DNA from: Synechocystis sp. PCC 6803 substr. PCC-P
GTDB lineage: Bacteria > Cyanobacteriota > Cyanobacteriia > Cyanobacteriales > Microcystaceae
Length of the DNA: 32,000 nucleotides
NCBI RefSeq assembly: GCF_000284455.1
Contig: NC_017039.1
Coordinates: forward strand, 2,910,001 to 2,942,000
Direction: 5' to 3'
This document shows positions 23,299 to 32,000 of this stretch, one piece after another. Every line of letters starts with the position of its first letter. The first letter of the stretch is position 1. The notes beneath the pieces were generated by a model. It searched no databases. It was not told where the DNA came from and saw nothing but the letters and a program-made list of their open reading frames with translations. Position numbers and translations under genes: made by a program.

Positions 23299-25356
23299 CT
23301 ATTTCCAATTTTCAAAGCTGGTGAAAATAGACGTGTTGGGAAAAGCTGTCGGGTTGCCAGTACTGTCAATTTTGCGCCGCAACTGTAACAATTTTTGATT
23401 GGCAATTAAAGCGGTTTGATTTACCAATTGATAGGGTAAATAATCATTTTGCAACGCATCCGCCGCCACAATACCCGCCGCCGCCCCAGAAGACCATTCA
23501 AAGGAATGCACCCGATAGGCCGCCGCCGCAATATGACTAGTGGCAATGGTTTTTCCCACCACTAAGAGATTATCGACGCGTTGGGGAATCATGGCCCGCA
23601 GGGGAATTTGGAACGGGTAGGAAGGAGTATGGGCTTGGCGTTCCCCCGGTCGCTCGATGTTGCCGGGTTTTTCCACTGGATATTCCAGATAACAGGGATG
23701 AAAATCAATGTTGTAATGGCCAATGCCCACGGAATCAGGATACATGGTGGCCCGCTGGCGACGCTCCACTGCATCGGGGGAAAGGCTACCATCAAGCACA
23801 TCCAAACCGTCAATGCCCGCTAGCTCTGCGTGTAAACGACGGTAATCCCTAGGAGAAAGATTTTCCCGGTAAAAATCGTCTTTAAAATCCTGGCGGGAAA
23901 TATCCGTTTCATTGATTTCAAATCCGTTGGGGTAAATAAAATCCGGCCGGCCAATGATTCTGCGCCCTTCCCGAATATAGGGAAACTTGGAAAGACCATG
24001 CTCGGTGCCCATGGGACTATCCAGCCCCTTCAGCAAACGGTTATTGGGATTGGGCGTTTTGACATTGTCGCCCAGCTTGGCATCGGTGGTACCCGCCACT
24101 AACCAATGGTAAAAACCCAAGGCGATTTTTTCGCCATTGGCTAAGCTTTCCGTCCGCAGTCCCCCTAGCCAACCCCCTGGTTCCAGTTGTCCTGTTTGTT
24201 GTAGTTGCTCTCTGGTGTAAACAAAATTGTCCCTAGGAGTACCGGGAGTGTAATCGTTTCCCGGCAACCAGTTTTGCATGGAAATTTCCCCTGGCTGGGT
24301 GGGACTAACCCCAAAGCGATTTTTCGGTTGGTTAGGGGTAGCAGGCTCAAAAATACCTAGCCCATCGGGACTCCAAATGCGTCGATAGGTAAACAGCGCA
24401 TCAAAATCAAACCGGGATTGGTCGTAGCTGTAATAGGGAGTAAATCTTTGGTAAAAATCCGGCTCTGGTTGGGGTTGGGGCTCGGTGGTGGCCTCCATGG
24501 CAAAGGTGTAGGTGAAGCCCTGGGTACAGTAGGCAAAGCCTTCCACACTAGAAGAGGAGGGATCAAGATAGGTGCGGGGATCCACTCCTACCCGGTAGGG
24601 CACATCTGCTAAACCAATTAATTCCCCGGTTTCCGTAGCTTCCACCACCAACCATTGGGCTGTTCTACCCTGGTTACTTTGGGGCGCAGTGAAGTTAATG
24701 ATAGTTTTAGTGAATTGCTCCGAATCTTCGTAGCGGTAACTATCTTCAATGGTCTGGGATAAAAACTGACTGTTCAACGGTGGGGCGTTGGGAGCCGGTT
24801 GGTGCTGAATGGCGATCGCCTGAATAATTTCTTCTCCTGCTTCCCCAAGGGCGGTGGGGGCTAAGACTAATTCTTTGATAACCGTGTTAGGAAACCATTG
24901 CAGAGTGCCCTGGCCTTTCTTTTCTGCATCCTCCAGCATTGCCATCAGAATGTCATGGCCATCCTTGGGTAGGAAACAAGAAGAGCGGCTTACCCAGCAT
25001 TTGCCGGGATTTTGCACACCGTAGAAATCCTTAATCCGTTGCCGTAGCTCCAGATAACCCCGGGGATAAAACAACTTATCCGTTTGGGTTGGCCGTTCAT
25101 CGAGGGCGGCGGTGCCCTGGGAAGTAAGTTGACCCCCCACCCAATCCGTCAGCTCCGTCATGCAAACATTTTTCCCCGCCAACAGACCTTCATAGGCCGT
25201 TGCTGTGCCGGCTAATCCACCCCCCACTATCAAAATTTCGCACTCCACTGTCTTGTCCACTGGCCTGGGAGGAGCAGTTTGCCCAGGGGCGATCGGCCAG
25301 GAAAAAATTGCCAGAAAAATAGCCGCAACAGTTCGGCGGCAGTAGGTAATCATCAA
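23299..25356 (-). CDS. Exported FAD-dependent oxidoreductase (FAD_oxidored/GIDA-like N-terminus), 685 aa
   Basis: Dinucleotide-binding motif ILIVGGGLAGTATAYEGLLAGKNVCMTE...WVGGQLTSQG. The N-terminal signal MMITYCRRTVAAIFLAIFSWPIAPGQTA has an RR pair, which would fit Tat export of a folded flavoprotein. Confidence 0.75.
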   Translation of the reverse strand: MMITYCRRTVAAIFLAIFSWPIAPGQTAPPRPVDKTVECEILIVGGGLAGTATAYEGLLAGKNVCMTELTDWVGGQLTSQGTAALDERPTQTDKLFYPRGYLELRQRIKDFYGVQNPGKCWVSRSSCFLPKDGHDILMAMLEDAEKKGQGTLQWFPNTVIKELVLAPTALGEAGEEIIQAIAIQHQPAPNAPPLNSQFLSQTIEDSYRYEDSEQFTKTIINFTAPQSNQGRTAQWLVVEATETGELIGLADVPYRVGVDPRTYLDPSSSSVEGFAYCTQGFTYTFAMEATTEPQPQPEPDFYQRFTPYYSYDQSRFDFDALFTYRRIWSPDGLGIFEPATPNQPKNRFGVSPTQPGEISMQNWLPGNDYTPGTPRDNFVYTREQLQQTGQLEPGGWLGGLRTESLANGEKIALGFYHWLVAGTTDAKLGDNVKTPNPNNRLLKGLDSPMGTEHGLSKFPYIREGRRIIGRPDFIYPNGFEINETDISRQDFKDDFYRENLSPRDYRRLHAELAGIDGLDVLDGSLSPDAVERRQRATMYPDSVGIGHYNIDFHPCYLEYPVEKPGNIERPGERQAHTPSYPFQIPLRAMIPQRVDNLLVVGKTIATSHIAAAAYRVHSFEWSSGAAAGIVAADALQNDYLPYQLVNQTALIANQKLLQLRRKIDSTGNPTAFPNTSIFTSFENWK

Positions 25357-25575
25357 AGTTATCGCTACTCAATGCAATTAATAAAAACCAAGGAAATGCC
25401 GTTGGTAAAGATCACACAGATAAGATTGAATTAGTGTCAATCTAACCTGAATCTAAACCTGAGGGACAATTTAAAATCACAGGTTCAGAAGGCGGGGACA
25501 AAAATTATCCTTGACCCGTCTTTGCCAGTCTTGTCAATCGAAACCCCGACAAAAGTCCCCCATAGGATAAACCAA

Positions 25576-26136
25576 CTAGCGGTTAATACTCACAATCCAA
25601 GTCCCTAAATAAACTCGGACGGGAATATCACCGGATACCATGGCATCGGCCACCATGTAATAAGTTCCAAGGCTGGGGTTAGTAACATTGGAAAGGGTAA
25701 TGGTCACCTGACTGTTGGGTTCTGCTGGCTCTGCCAAAACAATCTGTAAAAAGCGACTTTCTTTGTCCCAAACCACATCTTCAATTTCAATGTTTCCCTG
25801 GCGTTTAGTTTCAACCCGGACTTTATCTACATCGAAAGTGCCATCAAAATTTTCGGGGTAGGAAACGTATAGAACTTTCGCCCCCTGGGTCATTTTCTTG
25901 GCGGGGATATACAGTTTATAGCGGTCCCTTTGACCAGAACGACCGTTGAATTGTAAGTAGTAATCCAGAATATCGCTACGATTATCCACCCCACTAAAAA
26001 TAGTGAATCCAGAGTTACCTTGGGCAAAACCAATGGCAGGCAACCCCATCACCAAAACACCACTTAGGGAGAGAAGCGCGAGTAGTTTTTTGGACAATTT
26101 AGCTTGGGAAAATTTAGGCATAGATGGCATAGACAT
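25576..26136 (-). CDS. Secreted hypothetical protein (possibly the cyanobacterial DUF2808 family)
   Basis: Signal peptide KKLLALLSLSGVLVMGLPAIGFAQG. GGAGG lies 7-11 nt upstream of the ATG at 26136. The family assignment is from memory only. Confidence 0.65.
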   Translation of the reverse strand: MSMPSMPKFSQAKLSKKLLALLSLSGVLVMGLPAIGFAQGNSGFTIFSGVDNRSDILDYYLQFNGRSGQRDRYKLYIPAKKMTQGAKVLYVSYPENFDGTFDVDKVRVETKRQGNIEIEDVVWDKESRFLQIVLAEPAEPNSQVTITLSNVTNPSLGTYYMVADAMVSGDIPVRVYLGTWIVSINR

Positions 26137-26457
26137 GGCTTGGCCTCCGAGGAAATTGAGATGGAAAAGGGGGAATGTCTAGTGGAAATCTATTTGAGAA
26201 ATCCTCAAGAGTTAGCAATTGAGGCAACAGAACCGGGCATAGAACAAAGCTTGCAAACAAGCCTGAGCCCGAAAATAGTAACTGGATGACGGCATTGACC
26301 GCCCAACTACTAGCATAGCCAAAGAAATTGCCGAACCAAGGCATGGCCCAAGGCGGCATCAGCTTCAAATTACTTAACCAAGACTATCACCCCGTCCCAG
26401 CTTTGGCCAGCCTGGCTATCCAGCTTTACCATTGTCCACAAAAAATTATTGTTATTC

Positions 26458-27459
26458 CTAGCGGAACATACTGCTGACGGAGCTTTCCTCGTGGATGCGC
26501 CAAATCGCTTCCCCAATTAAATTAGCCACGGAAAGAATAGTCAGTTGGGGAAAATGATGATCGTCAGGCACGGGAATGGTATTGGTAACAATCACCTCTT
26601 CAAACAAGCCACCAGAAAGGCGATTGATGGCCGGCTCCGAGAAAACAGCATGGGTGGCACAGGCATAGACCTGACGAGCGCCCTGGGCCCGGAGCAAACG
26701 GGAGCCTTCCGACAAAGTACCAGCGGTGTCGATCATGTCATCCACTAGCACGGCGGTTTTTCCGTCCACGTCACCTATGAGATTTAATACTTCTGCAACG
26801 TTATGGCTCTGACGACGTTTATCAATAATGGCCAGGGGGGCATCGTTTAACTTTTTGGCAAAGGCCCGAGCCCGGGCTACCCCTCCCACGTCGGGGGAAA
26901 CCACCACTAAGTCAGTTAGTTGCTTACTTTTTAGGTAGTCGATAATAACGGGGGAACCGTACATGTGGTCGCAGGGAATGTCAAAATAACCCTGGATCTG
27001 GGCAGAGTGGAGGTCCATAGCTAAAACCCGTTGGGCCCCGGCACCGGTGATGAGATTAGCAACTAACTTGGCCGAGATGGATTCCCGACCAGCGGTTTTA
27101 CGATCTGCCCTCGCATAACCGTAATAGGGCAACACGGCGGTAATCTGGCGGGCTGAAGCACGACGGCAGGCATCGATCATGATCAGCAATTCCATCAAGT
27201 TATCGTTAACCGGATGGCAGCAGGGTTGGATCAGATAAACGTCACCGCCCCGAATGGATTCCTGGATTTGAATGTAGAGTTCTCCATCGGCAAACCGTTT
27301 CCGCAACATGGGGCCGATGTCCATGCCCAAATAACGGGCCACTTCTTGGGATAAAGATGGGTTGGATGATCCGGAAAAAAGACGTAAGCGATTGTTGTCA
27401 GATAAGGCAGACAGCATCGATTGACGTGTTAAAGTAGCGATACGGCTCACGGCAGACAC
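26458..27459 (-). CDS. prs: Ribose-phosphate pyrophosphokinase (PRPP synthetase)
   Basis: LRLFSGSSNPSLSQEVARYLG, the PRPP-binding loop VLVDDMIDTAGT and DLHSAQIQGYF are present. The listed start is GTG at 27459, and an ATG at 27417 is an alternative. Confidence 0.95.
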   Translation of the reverse strand: MSAVSRIATLTRQSMLSALSDNNRLRLFSGSSNPSLSQEVARYLGMDIGPMLRKRFADGELYIQIQESIRGGDVYLIQPCCHPVNDNLMELLIMIDACRRASARQITAVLPYYGYARADRKTAGRESISAKLVANLITGAGAQRVLAMDLHSAQIQGYFDIPCDHMYGSPVIIDYLKSKQLTDLVVVSPDVGGVARARAFAKKLNDAPLAIIDKRRQSHNVAEVLNLIGDVDGKTAVLVDDMIDTAGTLSEGSRLLRAQGARQVYACATHAVFSEPAINRLSGGLFEEVIVTNTIPVPDDHHFPQLTILSVANLIGEAIWRIHEESSVSSMFR

Positions 27460-27629
27460 TTTACCCCCATGTCATGGCAGATTACTGGTGTTTCCCTTAG
27501 TCGGGTGCCCGGAAGCAAACCCAGGGTTTTCGATCCAATCATAGCGGATTCTTTCCTCGCCAATCTCTTTAGGTTTTGCAAAACTTAAATTAACCTCCAA
27601 TAAATTTCTCTTCCCAGTTTTTGCTCCCC

Positions 27630-28343
27630 ATGTCGAATTTTTCCCGAGCCGTTGACCAAAAAACTTTATTAGTTGCGGGTTGCGACACAGGGGTGGGGAA
27701 AACGGTAACTACTTCGGCGTTGGCGGCCTACTGGTGGAAGTGTGGCAAAGATCAGTCTTTCGGACTAATGAAGTTGATGCAGACTGGTCTGGGGGATGAC
27801 GAGCTTTACCAACAATTATTCGGCCATCTGACCCGCTGGGATGTGGTGACGCCGCTGAAATTTGCTACGCCCCTAGCTCCTCCTTTGGCCGCTGACCAAG
27901 AAGGAAAAACCATTGATTTGGGAGTAGTCTGGCAGACTTTGCAGACAATGCAACAAAACCATGACCATGTACTGGTGGAAGCCCTGGGTAGTTTGGGTTC
28001 CCCCGTTACCCACGAACTGACAGTGGCGGATATTGCCGCCCTTTGGCGTTTGGAAACTATTTTGGTGGTGCCGGTGCAACTGGGGGCCATGGGCCAGGCG
28101 ATCGCCCAGGTGGCCTTGGCCAGACAAACTAAGGTCAAACTGAAGGGCTTAGTGCTCAGTTGTGCTAGCCCGGAGGCGGAGGGCAAGGTGGAAGACTGGG
28201 CCACTCCAGCTATGTTGGAATCCTTTACCCATTTGCCGGTTTTGGGGATTGTGCCCTACCTAACCGAGTCGGAGCGGGAAAATTTATCTCGTTTAGCGGA
28301 GATTACGGCCCGATTTGGCCTGGAAAAATTAGCCTATTTTTAG
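27630..28343 (+). CDS. bioD: Dethiobiotin synthetase
   Basis: P-loop VAGCDTGVGKTVTTSAL (the BioD GTDTxVGKT motif) and EALGSLGSPV are present. I prefer the ATG at 27630 over the listed TTG at 27621. Confidence 0.85.
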   Translation: MSNFSRAVDQKTLLVAGCDTGVGKTVTTSALAAYWWKCGKDQSFGLMKLMQTGLGDDELYQQLFGHLTRWDVVTPLKFATPLAPPLAADQEGKTIDLGVVWQTLQTMQQNHDHVLVEALGSLGSPVTHELTVADIAALWRLETILVVPVQLGAMGQAIAQVALARQTKVKLKGLVLSCASPEAEGKVEDWATPAMLESFTHLPVLGIVPYLTESERENLSRLAEITARFGLEKLAYF

Positions 28344-28349
28344 GTTAAT

Positions 28350-28368
28350 TCGGTTGAATATAAACCGA
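28350..28368 (+). terminator. Weak hairpin after bioD
   Basis: TCGGTT-gaatata-AACCGA followed by TTTAAAT. The stem is 6 bp and the T-tract is short. Confidence 0.3.
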
Positions 28369-28393
28369 TTTAAATAATACCCAGCCCCTAGTT

Positions 28394-29494
28394 TTATCGA
28401 ATTTTTTCCTGTCCTCGGCAAGCTTCCGGCAGAATCACCATGGCATCTCCAAAGGAGTAAAATCGGTACCCTTTGGCGATCGCCGTTTCGTAAATGGCCA
28501 TTAACCGGGGGCGGCTGATTAGGGCACTGACCAACATTAATAAACTGGATTTGGGCAAGTGAAAATTGGTAATCAGCCCATCCACTAAGCGCCATTGATA
28601 ACCGGGGTAAATAAACAAATCCGTCTGGCCCCGAAAGGGTTGCAGGGGTTGCCGGGGAAAATCACTTTCCTGGGCCATGCCTTCCAAACAGCGCACCACC
28701 GTGGTGCCCACCGCAAAAATTCTGCCCCCACTGGCCCTAGTTTTTTCAATCACTTCCACCGTCGTTGGAGGTACATCAATCCATTCTTGGTGCATTACGT
28801 GGTCGAGAATATTTTCCGCTTCCACGGGGCGAAAGGTGCCAATGCCCACATGGAGAGTAACTTTCGCTGTCTGTACTCCCTGTTGGGCTAGTTTTGTGAA
28901 CAATTCCTCGGTGAAATGTAACCCCGCTGTGGGGGCCGCCACCGCTCCTAATTTTTCCGCATAGATGGTTTGATATTGGTCATTCGTGGCTTGGCGATCA
29001 CCGATGTAGGGAGGAAAGGGAATTTCACCATAGTCTGGCAACACATCCCAGAGTCTTTGTCCCGGCTCCAAAACAAATTCTAATAACCGTCCCCCCGTGG
29101 CATCGTCCCGTTGCAAAATGGTGGCCCAGAGGTCGGGCTTTTCCCCATCCCTGGCGGGAAATTTAACTTTGGCCCCCAGCTTTAATCTTTTGCCTGGCTT
29201 GACTAGGGCAATCCATTGGTTTTCAGTACACTCTGTCAAGAGTAAAATCTCCACTGCCACGCCATTTTCTTTTTGGCCATGGAGACGGGCGGGCATTACC
29301 TTCGTGTCATTGAGGACTAATAAATCCCCCGGTTTCAGATAGTTACCCAAATCATAAAAATGTTGGTGGTCCACGGTGAATGGGTCTTTCACCACCAGTA
29401 GACGGGAATGATCCCGGGGAACGGCGGGGGTTTGGGCAATACAATCTGCAGGGAGATGGTAATCGTAACTACTAAGATATTTGTCCTGGTCCAT
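28394..29494 (-). CDS. queA: S-adenosylmethionine:tRNA ribosyltransferase-isomerase
   Basis: [50 protein letters not shown] and FYSFGDAM are hallmark QueA motifs. Confidence 0.95.
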
Positions 29495-29535
29495 GGATGG
29501 TCGAAATGCGAAAAATTTTAAAAGACAGAGACAGT

Positions 29536-29559
29536 AAAAAATAAAGTCCTACAGGCTTT
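29536..29559 (-). terminator. Putative intrinsic terminator of the AI-2E transporter gene
   Basis: On the minus strand, AAAGCC-tgta-GGACTTT (a stem with one bulged A) is followed by ATTTTTT. Confidence 0.4.
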
Positions 29560-29583
29560 AACCCTTAACAATTATCCAAAAAT

Positions 29584-30711
29584 TTAGGTCGAAACCACTG
29601 AAACTTCAGCGGGCTGTTCCCCAGATTTTTTCGGTAATCCCCGCAGGCGATCGCTCGTTGCTTTGATAACGCTGGCTAGGGGCACCGCCACCAACAGACC
29701 CAAAACTCCCCCTAATTTACTGCCTACAAACAAAGAAACAATAATCCAAGCAGGATTTAAACCGGTGCGGTTACCCATCAAACGAGGGGAGATGACATTA
29801 TCATTAATTTGCCCCACAATCACCGCCGCCAAAAGAATTTTTACCCCCAACCAAAAGTTTTCCAACATTAGCAACAGACTAATGACAATAATGCTTAAAG
29901 CACTGGCAAAAGGAATCAAAGTGCTTAGACCGATGGTAATGGCAAAAAGGATGGCATAGGGGGCTTGGAGTAGGGTAAACACAACCATTTGAGCCACCGA
30001 GAGAATACCCGCTAAAATTGCCTGGGTGGCAAAATATCCTTCAAAGGTATCCCGAATTAAATTTTGCAAATCTCTCTGCCAAGGATGGGGAAACCAGCTA
30101 AAAATGCCATCCCAAATTTTTTCTCCCCCCAGCACCAGGAAAATGGTCAGCACTAACAGGATCAAGCCATTAATACTGGTGCTAATGGTGACCCCCACTA
30201 GCCCCAACAGTTGATTGCCAAAGGAATTGAGAATGCGGCTTAACTTTTCAATTGCCTGACTGATCAGGGGTTGGAGGTCCACCTGGAGATTGGCGTAATG
30301 CTCATTGACCCAAGCTTGTAGCATCAGCAGTTGGGCGTTGCCGGAACGGAACCAGCCGGGTAAGTTATCCAGCAGTTGTCCCAATTGGTCGATCGCCAGG
30401 GGAATGACGATTAACAGAAAAAGACTGATGACGACCAGGGCAATGAGTAGAACGCTAGCCACCGCCCAGGGTCGTTTGAGACCTTTTTCCACCAAAATTC
30501 GGACGGGAATATCTAATAAAAAAGCTAGTAGGGCGGCCGCCACCAACAAACTACTGAGGGGTTGCAAAAAACCCATGGCTTTGTAGATTAACCAACCGTT
30601 GAGGAAAAAGAGAGGAAAGAGCAGACTCAGCCGGAGCCAAGGGGGGGATTGTTTCAGTTCTTCCAACATGGCGGGCGCAGACAGACTATCAACTACGGGG
30701 GCAATGTTCAC
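29584..30711 (-). CDS. AI-2E family transporter (PerM/YdiK, UPF0118) membrane protein
   Basis: Eight or so hydrophobic helices with a family-typical C-terminal region (NPAWIIVSLFVGSKLGGVLGLLVAVPLASVIKA). The listed start is GTG at 30711, and an ATG at 30669 is an alternative. Confidence 0.8.
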   Translation of the reverse strand: MNIAPVVDSLSAPAMLEELKQSPPWLRLSLLFPLFFLNGWLIYKAMGFLQPLSSLLVAAALLAFLLDIPVRILVEKGLKRPWAVASVLLIALVVISLFLLIVIPLAIDQLGQLLDNLPGWFRSGNAQLLMLQAWVNEHYANLQVDLQPLISQAIEKLSRILNSFGNQLLGLVGVTISTSINGLILLVLTIFLVLGGEKIWDGIFSWFPHPWQRDLQNLIRDTFEGYFATQAILAGILSVAQMVVFTLLQAPYAILFAITIGLSTLIPFASALSIIVISLLLMLENFWLGVKILLAAVIVGQINDNVISPRLMGNRTGLNPAWIIVSLFVGSKLGGVLGLLVAVPLASVIKATSDRLRGLPKKSGEQPAEVSVVST

Positions 30712-30827
30712 CTTAACCTAGCCAGGGGCATTTGGCGATCGCCGATCGGGGGGTTCAGTTTATTACTGCCAGTTTTCCTAGAAAGATTAAGTAATCCGCC
30801 CATTGGGGAAATTTGGCTGAATTGAAG

Positions 30828-31562
30828 CTAATTTTCTGCCAAAAACCGCTGATAGCTCTCACTTAATTCCTTCACTGCCACTTCATAAAACCGTTGGCCA
30901 TGTTCTGGGGTAGCCAGGGCCGGATTGGAGCCCATGCGGCCATCAGAATAATGGGCCCGGAAATCTTGGGCACTATAAATACTATGGCCTGAGGCAACTT
31001 CCGAATTTAACGGCGCAGTTTTAATCGCTTCGGGGTAAACAAATTGGGTTACAGCCACTTCACTGGGGGTGGCGTGGGAACCTTCTTGGTCACTGTAGAG
31101 TTCCTTGGCTAATTGATATACTCCCCTGGCCATGAACCAATTACCCACCTGACAACGGACATCTTGGCCATGGCTGCCCAAATGGTGATAGGTTTCGGAA
31201 AAAGCGGCTTTGAGGGTGGCAATATTTCCCCCATGGCCATTGATGAAGTAAAAACGGCTAAAACCGGCGTTGGCTAAACTACTGACGTAATCCATAACAA
31301 CCTGGATCAGGGTACTGGGACGCAAACTAATACTGCCGGGAAAGGCCAAATGATGCAAAGCCATGCCGACGTTAATGGTTGGCCCCACCATTGCTCCAGT
31401 TGCTTCCCCCACTCCTTTGGCGATCGCCTCCGCACAAATGGCATCGGTACCGATCAGACCAGTGGGGCCGTGCTGTTCCGTAGAACCAATGGGAAAAATA
31501 ATGCCGCTGGAAGACTGTAGATAATTTTCGACTTCGGGCCAGGTGGAGAGGTGCAATTGCAT
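30828..31562 (-). CDS. Creatininase-family metal-dependent amidohydrolase
   Basis: PIGSTEQHGPTGLIGTD, FINGHGGN and HATPSE motifs are typical of the creatinine amidohydrolase fold. The substrate cannot be inferred. Confidence 0.8.
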   Translation of the reverse strand: MQLHLSTWPEVENYLQSSSGIIFPIGSTEQHGPTGLIGTDAICAEAIAKGVGEATGAMVGPTINVGMALHHLAFPGSISLRPSTLIQVVMDYVSSLANAGFSRFYFINGHGGNIATLKAAFSETYHHLGSHGQDVRCQVGNWFMARGVYQLAKELYSDQEGSHATPSEVAVTQFVYPEAIKTAPLNSEVASGHSIYSAQDFRAHYSDGRMGSNPALATPEHGQRFYEVAVKELSESYQRFLAEN

Positions 31563-31597
31563 GGTGGGCTTGGGCTAAATGGGCTAACTAGTTCCAT

Positions 31598-32000
31598 CTA
31601 CCTTAAAACAGGTTCAGAGAAAATAGTTTTACCATTCTTGGTTACCCGTAACTGTTGCCGGTCCACCCAATAGGTATAGGCTCCATTGGTGGCGTAGTAG
31701 GTGCCGCTGTCGGTGATTAGCACATCCATCACATTAATCTGGTCGCCATTGTTTTTATTAACGCCCCGGTAGAAAATTTGTCCGTCGTAGGTTTGGCAAA
31801 TATAGGCTAGATAAGTTTTGGTTTCATAGGCTTCCACCACTTCCGCCCTGGGACAACCTCGAATAATTTCCGCTAGTAACAATTGGGATGGTAATGTTTG
31901 TAACCCAGTTAGCGGAGAGGCGATCGCCGTTGCACTACCAGCTTTTAATGGGATGGGGGCCAGCAAAGTCGTTGCTACTGTCAAAGCCCCAAGCCATCGA
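31598..32000 (-). CDS. Hypothetical secreted protein, 5' end probably beyond the window
   Basis: The frame stays open upstream of the listed TTG start (31984) to the window edge (..RWLGALTVATTLLAPIPLKAGSATAIA looks like a signal peptide). No family recognised. Confidence 0.5.
   Translation of the reverse strand, partial: RWLGALTVATTLLAPIPLKAGSATAIASPLTGLQTLPSQLLLAEIIRGCPRAEVVEAYETKTYLAYICQTYDGQIFYRGVNKNNGDQINVMDVLITDSGTYYATNGAYTYWVDRQQLRVTKNGKTIFSEPVLR

Noticed and set aside
26114-26368. 84-codon minus-strand ORF encoding a hydrophobic peptide, considered as a small membrane protein.
   Set aside because: It starts at TTG with no Shine-Dalgarno sequence and overlaps the strong GGAGG-ATG start of the downstream gene in another frame. 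It is kept only as a remote possibility under the spacer finding.
27520-27560. GGTTTTCGATCC resembling a tRNA T-arm in the prs-bioD intergenic region.
   Set aside because: No complementary stem closes the T-loop, and no acceptor, D or anticodon arms can be drawn around it on either strand.

Overview
This window reads as ordinary cyanobacterial chromosome, very likely Synechocystis sp. PCC 6803 or a close relative. That call rests on gene content recalled from memory (por, ycf66, futA2, dapL, prs, purS/purQ, queA, bioD) and on a large excess of the HIP1 palindrome GCGATCGC (at least 25 perfect copies by eye). No database search was possible. About 33 protein-coding genes are supported, and two of them are cut by the window edges. 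There is one intact small IS5-like insertion sequence with terminal inverted repeats and a TTA target duplication. It sits inside a decayed IS701-like transposase gene, whose reading frame is restored when the IS is removed in silico. I found no rRNA, tRNA or CRISPR array. The most interesting region is 10.7-15.1 kb. It holds exbB-exbD-exbD divergent from futA2, and the second ExbD paralogue carries Asn where the universally conserved transmembrane Asp sits. Downstream of futA2 is a protein with a TonB-like N-terminal anchor and Pro-rich spacer but no recognisable TonB C-terminal domain. That gene is translationally coupled to a pentapeptide-repeat lipoprotein gene. AT-rich, Fur-box-like inverted repeats lie upstream of exbB, and they share a 10-mer with the region upstream of the TonB-like gene. 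I propose this as a candidate non-canonical Ton-type iron module, which is inference and not demonstrated. Secondary points:
- A substrate-binding-protein-like gene lies 2 nt from a hybrid histidine kinase with a degenerate receiver.
- AT-richer segments carry a standalone AbfB-type beta-trefoil protein and a DUF4214-repeat secreted protein.
- The TonB-like gene contains C8 and C9 homopolymer tracts.
- A Tat-signal class-3 lipase gene overlaps a small membrane-protein gene.
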